64,000 nucleotides of DNA from Botryllus schlosseri. Taxonomy: Eukaryota. The DNA lies in the NCBI GenBank assembly GCA_051294905.1, contig CM119373.1, positions 29,388,001-29,452,000 on the forward strand, given 5' to 3'. The notes beneath the pieces are model-generated. The model did not search any database. It had not been told where the DNA came from and saw only the letters and a list, made by a program, of their open reading frames with translations. A program made the position numbers and the translations under genes. Positions 26,063 through 37,328 of the stretch are shown here, piece after piece. How positions within the stretch are numbered: position 1 is the stretch's first letter; every line of letters starts with the position of its first letter.

Positions 26063-28579
26063 ATGGACCTCCTTCCTCATTTTCTGTCTATCCTTGTTGG
26101 TATCATTTGTACATCTGATTTGTTGCTGCATACGGCGGCGAAAGGCATGCACGGACTCGCAGATCCTGTAACAGGTAGAGCACGATCTTTCACTCAGGGG
26201 ATGCTGGGTGAACTACGAGGACCCCTGCCTGATGAATGGATCACTTTAAATGATACACAATGGGAGGACTATCACTTGATGAGCATCTTCAATAAAACGG
26301 CGGAGCGACATGTATATAGACGGCCTGAGTTGTTTTACAGTAAGTCATTTGGTTACGTAGTGGCTGAGCGATTTTCATTACAACAAATGGCGTTTCCACA
26401 TGGAAGATATTGGAAAAATGTACCAGAATTTGAACGCACCTGTCTCTGTCAGCGACGCCTGGGCCAAATCACGCCCAATATTTCCTATGATGTCCTTAAA
26501 CAAACGAACATGTTCATTCGTCCAATAGGGGATTATAGGATCAGTTGGTTCTGGAGTGGGGACCAATACATGTCGTTTCATGACCTTGGCAAGAATTACA
26601 CTATGTTTGCTCTGACCAAATTTAAACTGATTATGATGAGACTATTCGAAAATTATTCAGCTGTTGAAGCTTCATGCCGTCAAAAGCCAATGACAGACCG
26701 GGACAGAGCCAAAATGAATGAATTGAATAAGTATAATGCCAGTAGCAATAGTTTTACACAATGCTGGCATCTAGTACAAAAAAGAGCCTACCGGGGCGAC
26801 TATTGGCAACAATTGTACTCCTGGAGGGAAAAAGGGGTCATAATAGGAATCTGTACAAGGTGTGATTTTAGAGGAGTTATCTCTGCCCTGGAACCAAATA
26901 AGGCAGATATAATCATCCAAGAAATAGTAATGACTACAGTAAATAACTGGCAGTATGTGCGCAGTCCGTTGATACCATGCCGGGCCCAGGGGGGATGGAT
27001 TAATCAGGACTGGTTTGAGCACTTATGGCCCGGGGGTGCTGTAATAGCCCATTCGTGCAACTTCTGGCCAGAAATGAATACCACTCTATGGGGCGATCTA
27101 CCAACGACAAATTTCCCTCCAAGAGTTAAATGGATACAACCGTCTTTTTCAAATCTAGATTATGGTTATTATGCTAATCGTGGCAATCAGGGCATGAGGT
27201 GGAATAACCTTTTTGATGGTGTACCGACTAGGTTTAGGGCATCTACATCAACATGGGTGCCTTTTCCCAGGCCTATGTGGAAACACTTCCCCTCTCTTAC
27301 TGCATCGGATGAAGCATGTAAAAATAGAATATCACGAAACCAGGATTTGTGTCGCGACCCGGTGGGCGGAACCGTTTTGAAGGCAGCTTTTTGGGACCAT
27401 ATTCATTTTGATCCAGAGCAAAACCGACCACGCTTTCCAGGGGGTCCAATAGAAATTAAAGGTGAATTGGTACCAGAAAATACCGCAAAACGGGGTACGC
27501 GTAGAAGGCGTAAAAGATTCCTAACTGGACTTATATGCCTTGTATTTGGTGTAATATCCGCGATTGCCGTCGTTGCAACAGTTTCAGCCCAGTTACATGA
27601 AGAGACGGTAGATCTTAGCCGACAAATCAATAATAGAATGATACAGGCCACGCAGAGGTCCACTGCACTGGGGAAAAAGATTAACGAACTCTCTCTACTC
27701 CAAACGGCTCAGCAACAGAAACTGGATCAAACGATCGCCACTATGGAAATGAGGGCATCACTAACAAATAGACGACTTGTACTAATGGAAAAGTACATAG
27801 AAAGAAACCGACAAATGATAATACGACAAGCCACAGCATCTCTGACCTCTTTTCAAAACTATAAGGAAATGAGTGATGCTGAACTAGCCATCGACCGATT
27901 AGTTTTGGACGAATTGGCTAATTTGACTGGCAAGTTAATATTTGACTCCAGCAAGGTGTACCTCACGAAAATCCGACAAGGAACGTTACGGATAAAGGAA
28001 CATGCTCAGCAGTTAACCGCCTATAGGGACGATTACATCAATGAGACAAATGACATTGGTGTAGAACTACGTGCTAACCGAATAAGCCTAGATCAAGCCC
28101 AACAGAGCGTGGATTTAGGCTTACAAGTTTGGAGAGAAGATCTGAATAAGAGTGTGTACATGAATATTTCTGACTGGCGATATGAGAATATTACAGTGAA
28201 GCCTTTCGAATTTGTTGGAGGGGAAGAATTTATGAAGAACTTTGGCCAAACGGTAGAAGAAATGACACACGGTGCCGGAAGCTTGATAAAATCAATAGGA
28301 GATAGCACAGGAAACCTACTACAAGACGGACTTGGCGCGGTCGGTGGTATATTTAGTAAAGGATTGAGCGGCCTTTTTTCTGGGTTGGGGTCTGTGTTAA
28401 TGCCAGTGATATTGATATTGGGGGCTGGGATCATCTTGTTTTGTTGCTGTCGCTATGGCAGTCTCTGCTGTCCTAAGTTGAAGTCTAAGGTACAGCAGCG
28501 TAACACGAATACTCAGTTGACAATGTACATATCATCGGTACCGACCCCCGTTAGAACAGCCAAATCGACCAGAATGTAG
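26063..28579 (+). CDS. env: Envelope fusion glycoprotein (class I-like), 838 aa from ATG 26063
   Basis: Signal peptide; furin site RRRRKR (27500-27517) followed by hydrophobic FLTGLICLVFGVISAIAVVATVS; heptad-repeat region; Gly-rich membrane-proximal region; TM helix; Cys-rich tail; many NxS/T sites. Confidence 0.85.
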   Translation: MDLLPHFLSILVGIICTSDLLLHTAAKGMHGLADPVTGRARSFTQGMLGELRGPLPDEWITLNDTQWEDYHLMSIFNKTAERHVYRRPELFYSKSFGYVVAERFSLQQMAFPHGRYWKNVPEFERTCLCQRRLGQITPNISYDVLKQTNMFIRPIGDYRISWFWSGDQYMSFHDLGKNYTMFALTKFKLIMMRLFENYSAVEASCRQKPMTDRDRAKMNELNKYNASSNSFTQCWHLVQKRAYRGDYWQQLYSWREKGVIIGICTRCDFRGVISALEPNKADIIIQEIVMTTVNNWQYVRSPLIPCRAQGGWINQDWFEHLWPGGAVIAHSCNFWPEMNTTLWGDLPTTNFPPRVKWIQPSFSNLDYGYYANRGNQGMRWNNLFDGVPTRFRASTSTWVPFPRPMWKHFPSLTASDEACKNRISRNQDLCRDPVGGTVLKAAFWDHIHFDPEQNRPRFPGGPIEIKGELVPENTAKRGTRRRRKRFLTGLICLVFGVISAIAVVATVSAQLHEETVDLSRQINNRMIQATQRSTALGKKINELSLLQTAQQQKLDQTIATMEMRASLTNRRLVLMEKYIERNRQMIIRQATASLTSFQNYKEMSDAELAIDRLVLDELANLTGKLIFDSSKVYLTKIRQGTLRIKEHAQQLTAYRDDYINETNDIGVELRANRISLDQAQQSVDLGLQVWREDLNKSVYMNISDWRYENITVKPFEFVGGEEFMKNFGQTVEEMTHGAGSLIKSIGDSTGNLLQDGLGAVGGIFSKGLSGLFSGLGSVLMPVILILGAGIILFCCCRYGSLCCPKLKSKVQQRNTNTQLTMYISSVPTPVRTAKSTRM

Positions 28580-28666
28580 TGCACGCATATGTACTCAAAG
28601 GATTTTACTTTTATAAAATTTAATTTTTTCATAAGTCCACAGATATACTAACTAATTTATAATAAT

Positions 28667-31600
28667 ATGAATCGTTACTTAAAAATATGGATTGTGCTGG
28701 CAGTAGCCTTAACACTACACCGAGGATATCTGCAAACTCATGGCCAATTATTGCCCCTATCTGATATGAGTGTGGTTCCCAGGATAGCATTTAATCTTAC
28801 AGGATGGACGACGTTCCGGTATCAAGGTCTCAGATACATCCGCCTTAATCAACTATTCAAATTAAACGAGAGTTGGCCAATAGGTGAAACGGAAAATAAT
28901 TTTCCAATATACAAAGAGACGCCCGAATTTGGTCCAACACGAGCTAGCCAAGATCAATTGTACAAGTTATTTGCACCCTCGGGGTCTGACAAGAGGTATT
29001 GGAATAATGTTAGACAATACGAAAGAGAATGCGGGTGCAATCGGAAACTATCAAGAATATCTCCCGATATTACGTTGGCAGCCTTTACCAGAACCACAAC
29101 ATATCGTCGAAAGAATAACTTCGGTTCAGTACATACATGGAAGTATGTGGTAGGAAGAGGAGCACATGGCACTATGGCTGTGCCAGGTCCGATCCTTCGG
29201 ATGATTTCTCCTAATGCTACTCCACAAGTTTCTATACACCAGCTATTGACGGTGTACAAGTTATCAGTGATGAATATCTTGGCACAATATGCAACAGTGA
29301 CAGCAAGGTGCCAGCAGCGTTTGGGAGAAATCGCGGGATGGAGAGTCAATAAAGGCGACTTTAACGTATGCGTGCACGGAGAAGACAACCAGATGCAATG
29401 CATAGGATGCTCATTTTATACAGACGATCTGGCAGTAAATATACTGTCCAGAGACTTTGTGGTCATGGAAATAGATAATAGCATCAGAGGATTAGGGACG
29501 AGAATGCAAGAAACTTATTCCTACAGTCAATGGCCAGCGGGAGTCAGATTACCCAGATTACATCACGACATCGTGTGGTTGAAGGCTCGAAATGAAACAG
29601 GCCCCAGGGAGAGGCCAGCAAACTTTGATGGTCATACTTGGTTTAGATTGAGGATTTACGCTCTTCGCGAACATCTAAATAATGATACTCAACGGATAAT
29701 GGGGAAGAAAAATTTTCCGACTATGTTGCAAGGCAGCATAGAATGTGAACGCAAGAAAAATAAGAAGGTTTGTCGCAATTCAATAGGAAGTTTGAAGACG
29801 GCCTTGGCCTTTAAGGAAGTGTTATATGATCCATATACAAATCAATCTGTGTATGCAGATCATAGCCATGGTCGATTACAAATTGCATCCCCAAGAACTG
29901 TAGGTCAGGAATCTCCACTTGAAGCGTGGCCTAAGAATCTACCCAATTGTAAACAACCCGGTAGATTAGGCAACCTTATCCTGACTGCATCATTCAAAAG
30001 CAATGGGCAAAACACAAGGAATATTGACTATTACCTAGCTCGCCTGGGAATGTTTTACGTAGAAGTAACGAAAAGGCGTTTACGCCAGTTATCTTTGCCC
30101 ATATATAAAATGCGAAAAACCCTGGGGAGATTGGACAGGTCCATAACTGGTGAAGAGATGGAGTCTCTAAGTCAGACGCTACGGTCAGCGTTGACACCTC
30201 AGAAACTGAGTAGGATAAATGAGGAGTTACTGAGCTATATGTCAACGCGCAAGCTCATAGAGGCGCAGCTTTATGATATGCGGATATTCCGACCTAGCGT
30301 TGCCTACAAAGCTATAATATGTGCGGGAATATTGGTGTATACACCTTATGCCTATAAGGAGAATATCCAACCGAAAACAAACTCCGCAAGGCCATCAAGC
30401 ATTGCAAAAGCATTAACAACAAGGCCTAGTAGTAAGGAAGGGACCACTCGAAGTGTGACTCCTAGCAGCGAGTCTAGTACAGTGTATAATTTCACTTCCT
30501 TCGAAATGGATCCAGAACCAACAGTGAAAATGGTGGAAACCATGATAACTGCTGGGGCAAGTATAAAAAGAACGGATCAGTACGATATTAATCGTTATAA
30601 CTATGATAATATAGAAGGTTATGAGGGATTTAGCTATGACGAAAATGACAACTATACCAGTTTACAAGAACCTGAAAATTACTACTATGACTATTATGAC
30701 GTAGATGGTGAATATGATAGTTCACTAAGAAGGAAGCCCATATCCGTTAGCGACACTACGACATCCACAAATATCATTGAAACTACAAATGCGTTATCCA
30801 CGAGTGGTACTCCAACCGCAATTACAGGGAGTCAATACACAATTAAGTCAACAATGGTTACCGCAACTTCTACGCCACGCCCGTCTGCATACACTCCGAA
30901 AAGTACTGCGGCTACATTAACAACTACTACAATCACGCCATATACTAGAAGGTTTACATCAACCATTATTACTTCTGGGACGACTTCATCGACACCACTT
31001 CCAGCCATGTCGATGACTGAGTATTCCTCACGCGAAGATAACACTAGCCCAAGACCGACTGCATCTATTATTACATTCTTAACTACAGTAAAAACTGTGA
31101 GTGAACAAGAAAGACGCAGGACGAGGCCCACAACTATCCTCACAACTGTGGAGCCGTCTACGGCTATATCAACAGAGATGGACACTCAGAAAAGCATTGG
31201 TATTGCTACGACAGGAGTCACCTTTTCTGAAAGAGGGTTAACAACTCGTGTACCAATGGAGAGAAGTGTAAACGCAAAGTTACAATGGAATACCATGACC
31301 GATCAAATACCCACAAAAAATGGTGAAATGATAGGCTCCTTATCCGTGCCAATAAAGAAAACACCCCAGATTACGCAGACACCTGAGTCTTATATTCAAT
31401 TGAGTTACCACACAAATCAACTCATGGACACAAAACCTCAAAGAGTGCATTTCAAAATGCTGTTTGATACAACCCAAGTAGCAACGACAGTCGAAACGCA
31501 CCAATGTTTCGTCACCGGCCATTCCCGCTCTAATACAGAACCAGATAATTTAAACAAAGAACAAGATCTACAGGTAAGAACTAAATCAACAACAATGCTT

Positions 31601-32068
31601 TCATCAGGGGACTATCAGAGCCAACCCACATCAGTAAGTAAAAATGATGTAATCAGAGGTTGGAAGAGTACTTCCAACAGTGCACTTTCTTCAATAACAC
31701 CCTCTATCGAAGAAGAAGGAAAAACTACACTCAGTATACCGCATACCTTACCTACGGCCAAATATGACAGACTGGACCGAATTACATTTGACTTTTATGG
31801 ACGACTGCACAAACTACAAGAAATGGAACAAGAATATGCAGCAGGTAAAATTATTGTTGATATTAACAATAGAAAAGATTTAGAAGAATCACTTAACAAT
31901 TATGTCTTGATTTTTGCGGTTAGCGTAACAACAATGGTAGGATGTATGTATTTATGTTATGCGAAATGCGGGAGAGTTGCAGCTAAAACTTATCTTAGAG
32001 AAGTTATTCGGCGGAATAACCGAAAGATGTATATTAACGTAGTAACATTGCATGAAAAACTGAGGTAG
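28667..32068 (+). CDS. Second type I membrane glycoprotein: Env-SU-like N-terminal domain plus Ser/Thr mucin-like stalk
   Basis: Signal peptide; RYWNNVRQYERECGCNRKL matches Env RYWKNVPEFERTCLCQRRL; long T/S-rich region; TM YVLIFAVSVTTMVGCMYLCYA. Confidence 0.82.
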   Translation: MNRYLKIWIVLAVALTLHRGYLQTHGQLLPLSDMSVVPRIAFNLTGWTTFRYQGLRYIRLNQLFKLNESWPIGETENNFPIYKETPEFGPTRASQDQLYKLFAPSGSDKRYWNNVRQYERECGCNRKLSRISPDITLAAFTRTTTYRRKNNFGSVHTWKYVVGRGAHGTMAVPGPILRMISPNATPQVSIHQLLTVYKLSVMNILAQYATVTARCQQRLGEIAGWRVNKGDFNVCVHGEDNQMQCIGCSFYTDDLAVNILSRDFVVMEIDNSIRGLGTRMQETYSYSQWPAGVRLPRLHHDIVWLKARNETGPRERPANFDGHTWFRLRIYALREHLNNDTQRIMGKKNFPTMLQGSIECERKKNKKVCRNSIGSLKTALAFKEVLYDPYTNQSVYADHSHGRLQIASPRTVGQESPLEAWPKNLPNCKQPGRLGNLILTASFKSNGQNTRNIDYYLARLGMFYVEVTKRRLRQLSLPIYKMRKTLGRLDRSITGEEMESLSQTLRSALTPQKLSRINEELLSYMSTRKLIEAQLYDMRIFRPSVAYKAIICAGILVYTPYAYKENIQPKTNSARPSSIAKALTTRPSSKEGTTRSVTPSSESSTVYNFTSFEMDPEPTVKMVETMITAGASIKRTDQYDINRYNYDNIEGYEGFSYDENDNYTSLQEPENYYYDYYDVDGEYDSSLRRKPISVSDTTTSTNIIETTNALSTSGTPTAITGSQYTIKSTMVTATSTPRPSAYTPKSTAATLTTTTITPYTRRFTSTIITSGTTSSTPLPAMSMTEYSSREDNTSPRPTASIITFLTTVKTVSEQERRRTRPTTILTTVEPSTAISTEMDTQKSIGIATTGVTFSERGLTTRVPMERSVNAKLQWNTMTDQIPTKNGEMIGSLSVPIKKTPQITQTPESYIQLSYHTNQLMDTKPQRVHFKMLFDTTQVATTVETHQCFVTGHSRSNTEPDNLNKEQDLQVRTKSTTMLSSGDYQSQPTSVSKNDVIRGWKSTSNSALSSITPSIEEEGKTTLSIPHTLPTAKYDRLDRITFDFYGRLHKLQEMEQEYAAGKIIVDINNRKDLEESLNNYVLIFAVSVTTMVGCMYLCYAKCGRVAAKTYLREVIRRNNRKMYINVVTLHEKLR

Positions 32069-35000
32069 ATATTGTAAAATAATTACTGGATTATTGTAAA
32101 GGTAGAAGTAAGGGTTATTATGTGTTTTGTTGTGTTCGGTCCGTTTTCACGGTTTAGAGTCCGTGTGAAATTAACCATTAACCTGAATTTAATTCCGTTG
32201 AAATAACATAATTTAAAAATTATGTTGTATTTGCCTATGGAAGCCTAAAAGTGTGCGGGATTTAAGAATGTACGAGGCAAATTCGCGGTATTAACGATGC
32301 TTATGCAACGAATACGATTGCGAAACACATAATTGCGAAATTTTCAGATGTTATTGCTAAGCCAAATCAGGATTGAGTAATACATCGGTTTGTAGTTCTG
32401 CTTCCCCGTCTAATGAAGCATCGGTTTGTAGTAATATGGGAGCAGATGGCGTGATCTTTGTAAAATGCAACTATAAATGACTGTGGGAATGTAAGTGTTG
32501 CAATAACATATTGACGCACAGGAAAGTATTAACTTTAGCAAAAACGACAGAATCCGACCTAAATTGGTGGTTTGATCACGCTATTGCAACACTCTTGCTC
32601 AATAAGGCCATAAAAGATGGTGAGAAAGGAAACGTTGCAGTGAGAGATGGACTCATAGGAAATAATTAACTGCAGAAAAATTGTGAAATTTGACTGCAAT
32701 TGGTGGTTTAATCACTCCGTAGTACGAATGATAGCGACAAAAATTTGCTTGATGAATGTTCGGATGTGCGTCAGTACCTACTATCCGAAATTAATTTATC
32801 GCTCGTAAAGATGGGGGGGCGGATGCAGGCATGTCAATGATCTTCCGCTCCTAACTGAATATAACTCGAAGCGCAGGGACAGAAAATTCAGTTCACTCTA
32901 CACAGAGCTGAAAGGCATGAAGAACCTAGGAAGCTGGCAGGGTTTGAAAAAAAACGTTACCTAAGACTGATGACGAGTTGTTCAAACCTTATGAACAATC
33001 GCATTAGGACGTTATGTAAACGTTAGATAGAGTCGTTGCTATATGAGACAATGACTCTAACAATAAGTGTCAACGTGGTAATTGACCAAAGATATTATCG
33101 GCCGTCACAAGATTGGGATCATTGTTTTGTAATAGTTGCCCTCCTCAGTGCTGCACTACTTGCAAAGAATGCGGTACTACTATGATATAAGTTCTCTATA
33201 TTGCACCAGTCTAATGTGACCTCATAGACCAAAGGAGATTGAAGATTATCTGAGCTAAACATAAAACGTCAGTGCTGTCCAATCGGGTGTTTCTTTGCAA
33301 ACTAAAAAGTACCATACTTATAAACAAGTTCAATTGTGGGACGGGAGACATAGTTAACACCATAATGGGGTTCTGTCTCACTAATTGAATCGCCAATATT
33401 GTTACGCTGAATATTACCAGGAGCATTGAGTCAAAAGGACGAAATGATATTATCTTCCCTGTTTCCGCATTAAATCAAGTAGCTACACTTGCATGGGGCT
33501 ATAAACTGAGAAATGGACTAGCAGTTCTTATCCAGAATACGGATATCACGGACTTCTAATTTTGTAACTAACAAATAGGTATATAGCCATGCTCTCCTGC
33601 TACATTTTCAAGAAACATTGGCTACCTTAGGCAAAGCAATTGGATATACGAGAGATAATGATACATTTTAAACAAATCGATGTCTAGGAAAATTTTGACA
33701 GTACAAAAAAGAAACTGATGCTCACTTTCCTATAAAGGGGAGAGAGTAAATCAACGAGGCATTCATAGCTATGATATGAAACATAATTATAGTCACCTGC
33801 TTCACTGGCATCTATAATATACAAAAATAAATCCTAAATACTCAGTACTAATTCAATATCGACGCTAAAAACTTGTCTGTAAAAATTAAAATGAGTCTTC
33901 GGAAATGCGAAGCGGTCGTATTAAATGACGAATATTTCACACGGAGCATATTGCAATAAAGAATACAATCTTGAAATCTATCTTTATCATATGACCAATA
34001 ATACAAAAGACACTATATTGAGTTTTAAGTAGTGTGTATACGCATTTGAGCAATAGCTTCGAACAATAAAATTTTAAAAGAACAAGTCAATATCACGAGG
34101 TTTGAAAGCCTATATGGAATATGGTATGACTCTTGCTTCACCTGGCTTATTGCCAGAAGTCGACTATTTTTCGTAAAGCAAGCTGCATTAATTGTTGCAT
34201 TCATTCTGCGTTGCTGAAGTACAAATGCTTGTGTTTTACGGTTAGAATAATTGATATTGTATCAGATAGCATAATATACTGATATAAGCAAAGAAATATA
34301 CCGCGAAATAAAATCGCGGCCCGCCCAACATGCATTCGCTCATAATGTTGCCTGTGATAAGAAGAGGTGCTGCTTATACCTGCTAAATACGACTACAAAT
34401 ATAATCATTTGCTGCACATAATGATAGTAGGTCTATAATTTTATGGTTTATGGTATAAGGTTGCTGTCAACGCTTTTTGCTACTATAGCTGTTATTTACA
34501 TATAAATTAAGAATGGCATCCCCATCGTATGACTTGGGCAACGGATTACAATGTCCTTTGAGAATTGCTTGCAATGGCATAATATGACGCATTTCGGCGT
34601 ATTGATTGACATGGCCATATTGGGGGATTCAAGTAGTTGAATGGCAAATTACTGAGTTGACAAACTGGTCTCATAAATTGATGGGACAGGTTCTATGTTC
34701 AATAAAATAAAAATTCAAAATAACTAAAATTTGATCGCAAAATCTATTCGCGGCCGAACAAGACGCCTTTAATAAAAATCGGCATCTATTTGGTGTCGGC
34801 CCCAAAGACAGCAGGACACTACGAACGAAGATCTAACCTAAATATAACAGTATTAGGTAGTATAAATAATTGCGGCAAAAGTTGTAATTTCAATCGGCGG
34901 AAACATGAGCAACAACCTATTGTGTATCAAGGCTGCCGCACGTAGTGTACTGCATATTGCACAAAACTGACAATAGCAACTAGGCTACAAGGAATGCCAA

Positions 35001-36797
35001 TAATTTCATATTGTATGTCGCTATACATAGGTCTAGGGTCTATCAAGTCACTGGTCTCAAGCGACTTGATTTGACCTGAATTGACTCGGTATATCAGATT
35101 TTTAACTCAGAGCAAAATTGGTGAGCTAATTTCAAGTTATCAAATAATCAATGTAAAACTGCAGTGACTCGAAATGACTCATGACTTGAATATTACAGTA
35201 TTGGAATCAAGACAACCAATCGGTATTTTAAATCAAAAAGTTTTTTTTATTTTCAAATATGGAAAGTGTTTCGGCCCTGGCCGGCTGCGTCGCTCCAATT
35301 GTTGCATTCACTACATTATGGTTTTTTTTTTTTACGACAAGCAGGGAATACCGCTTCAGGAAATGTAATCTATCGCATAAATGACTAGATTAAAACAATG
35401 TCTTCCAACTGTAGGTATTTTGTAGCATCTAACTAGACCAGTGAGTTAGTTTTACGACTAAAATAAATAACTTGCGATATTTCGGCTAAGCGGAATACAA
35501 TATTATATGTGAGACAACACTGTACAAATACCTACCTCGGTGATAGCGGACCGTAGGCTTAGGGTAATCCAGTCTGGTACATCCATATATATATATCCCG
35601 TTGAAAAGGTACGTTCCTTGCAACTTCTGGTATATCACAGGAATTATGGTTATCCCGGTTGAGAAACACTAACTTACAAACTCCAAAAATTAGCTATGCC
35701 TATACGCACAACTCGCCTCGTTGATCCAAAACCTAAAAATTGTGGCTAAGTAATTCGACAACGAGTGTCTGCCACAACGAAGACGAGTAGCATAGATAGT
35801 TTCCTGCACTGTCAAACTCATATTACGCTGCGAACCGGAAAATAGTTGAATAATAACAATTCTGCTCAAGACGCAAAGTGATTGATCCGCGTCGATGTTT
35901 TTAAGCTACTATGACTCTCGACTGTAAAATAGGTGCCGTTCTCAAAGCTCCCTTGGGTAAAGCATGGCTAATTTTAAGGAGGATATGGGCATGGTACCTA
36001 AATTTGTGTGACAAGAGCCACCCCAATTAAGGGGTCCTTCTAGAATGCCTGACAGGATGGAACGCTATTTGGGGTGATTCTAGTCATGCGCATTCGTATA
36101 TATATAAATAATAAAGGAAGTTCAAGTTATAGTGCGTCCCCATTAGCACAATGACCTGTATACTGAACATTGCCTTGTTTTTTTTTTAGTAAATAAGAAT
36201 CGTGCAAACGCTGGTTGTGTGCGCTCGGCGACTTGATATGGGAGTTTAAAAGATCGCAATGAAATGATGAGATTGATTTTGATTTAATATTGTGGTTTCT
36301 GTTTTAAAATAATCTATCCGCATACGCTCGACAATACTATTCAGTACTAGCAGAGGTGATTTCGACGCTGCACTCACCTAGCTGTGAGAGGGATACGCCT
36401 ATAATCTGGCTGCGAAATGCCGCGTACAACGAAGTAATTTTGTATAAATAAATAAGTGTATCAGAAGTAGACCACTTGCGTTTTGCTCTAGTTTGGTGAG
36501 ATTGGACGACTCGATAATTATGACATCAGATTTGCACTACACCACGCGCAAGTCCATCTTGGCATGTATGCTGTAAGAAGTATCAAGAATCTCACATCGT
36601 AGGTCGCGGTGCACTATTCTATTGTCATTAATTTACCATACTGATGAAGAAGTATCAAATTCTAATGCATGGGCGAAACTAAATTAAGAAATAGATAGTC
36701 TAAAAGAGATGTCAATTTCGATAAGAAAGCTATTGTAATCCGGGCCGACTGCGTTACTTTATTACTGCATTGCGTTTTACTAATGTAGGGTAAGAAG

Positions 36798-37328
36798 CAG
36801 TGTTGGGATGACTCGAGTCACTCGGGAAAAAAGTATTGACTCGTGTCTCGAGGCAAAATTTGCGAGTCAATATCAGGTCAATAAAATAAAAAGTGTCAAA
36901 TAAATTGCTGAAGCCTGCGCATACTCGAATTGTTTTGACAGATTATAAATAAATTAACCACAAATGAAACGATCGCGGCTTACGCTGTCGGGGTAGTTAT
37001 AAAGGATTATTCTAAATAACAACATCTTTCTGTCTCATTAGACAGCTCAATTCTTACGTTGTACAGTGCGTATCCTTCTGTATTTTGGTCAATAATGTCT
37101 GACTGTGGCATTTAGCTTTACAATTGTTCGCGTATTTGACTTGTGTGTGACCGATACAATAACTTTTTGCATGTATAGCTAACTACATATTTGTTGTTTA
37201 ATATAGATGCCAAAATTCAATTTGACTCGAATTGTGGTTTGACTCGTAATTTGACCTTGCTTGACTCGATTCTGGGTCTACCATGACTCGAGAAGACTAG
37301 TGACTCGAAGGAATTGATCCCAACACTA
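36798..37328. mobile_element. hAT-type MITE (GACTCG-rich) inside the ORF-free interval
   Basis: TIR CAGTGTTGGGAT / ATCCCAACACTA; TSD GTAAGAAG / GTACGAAG (7/8); motif content resembles 12085-12666. Confidence 0.85.
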
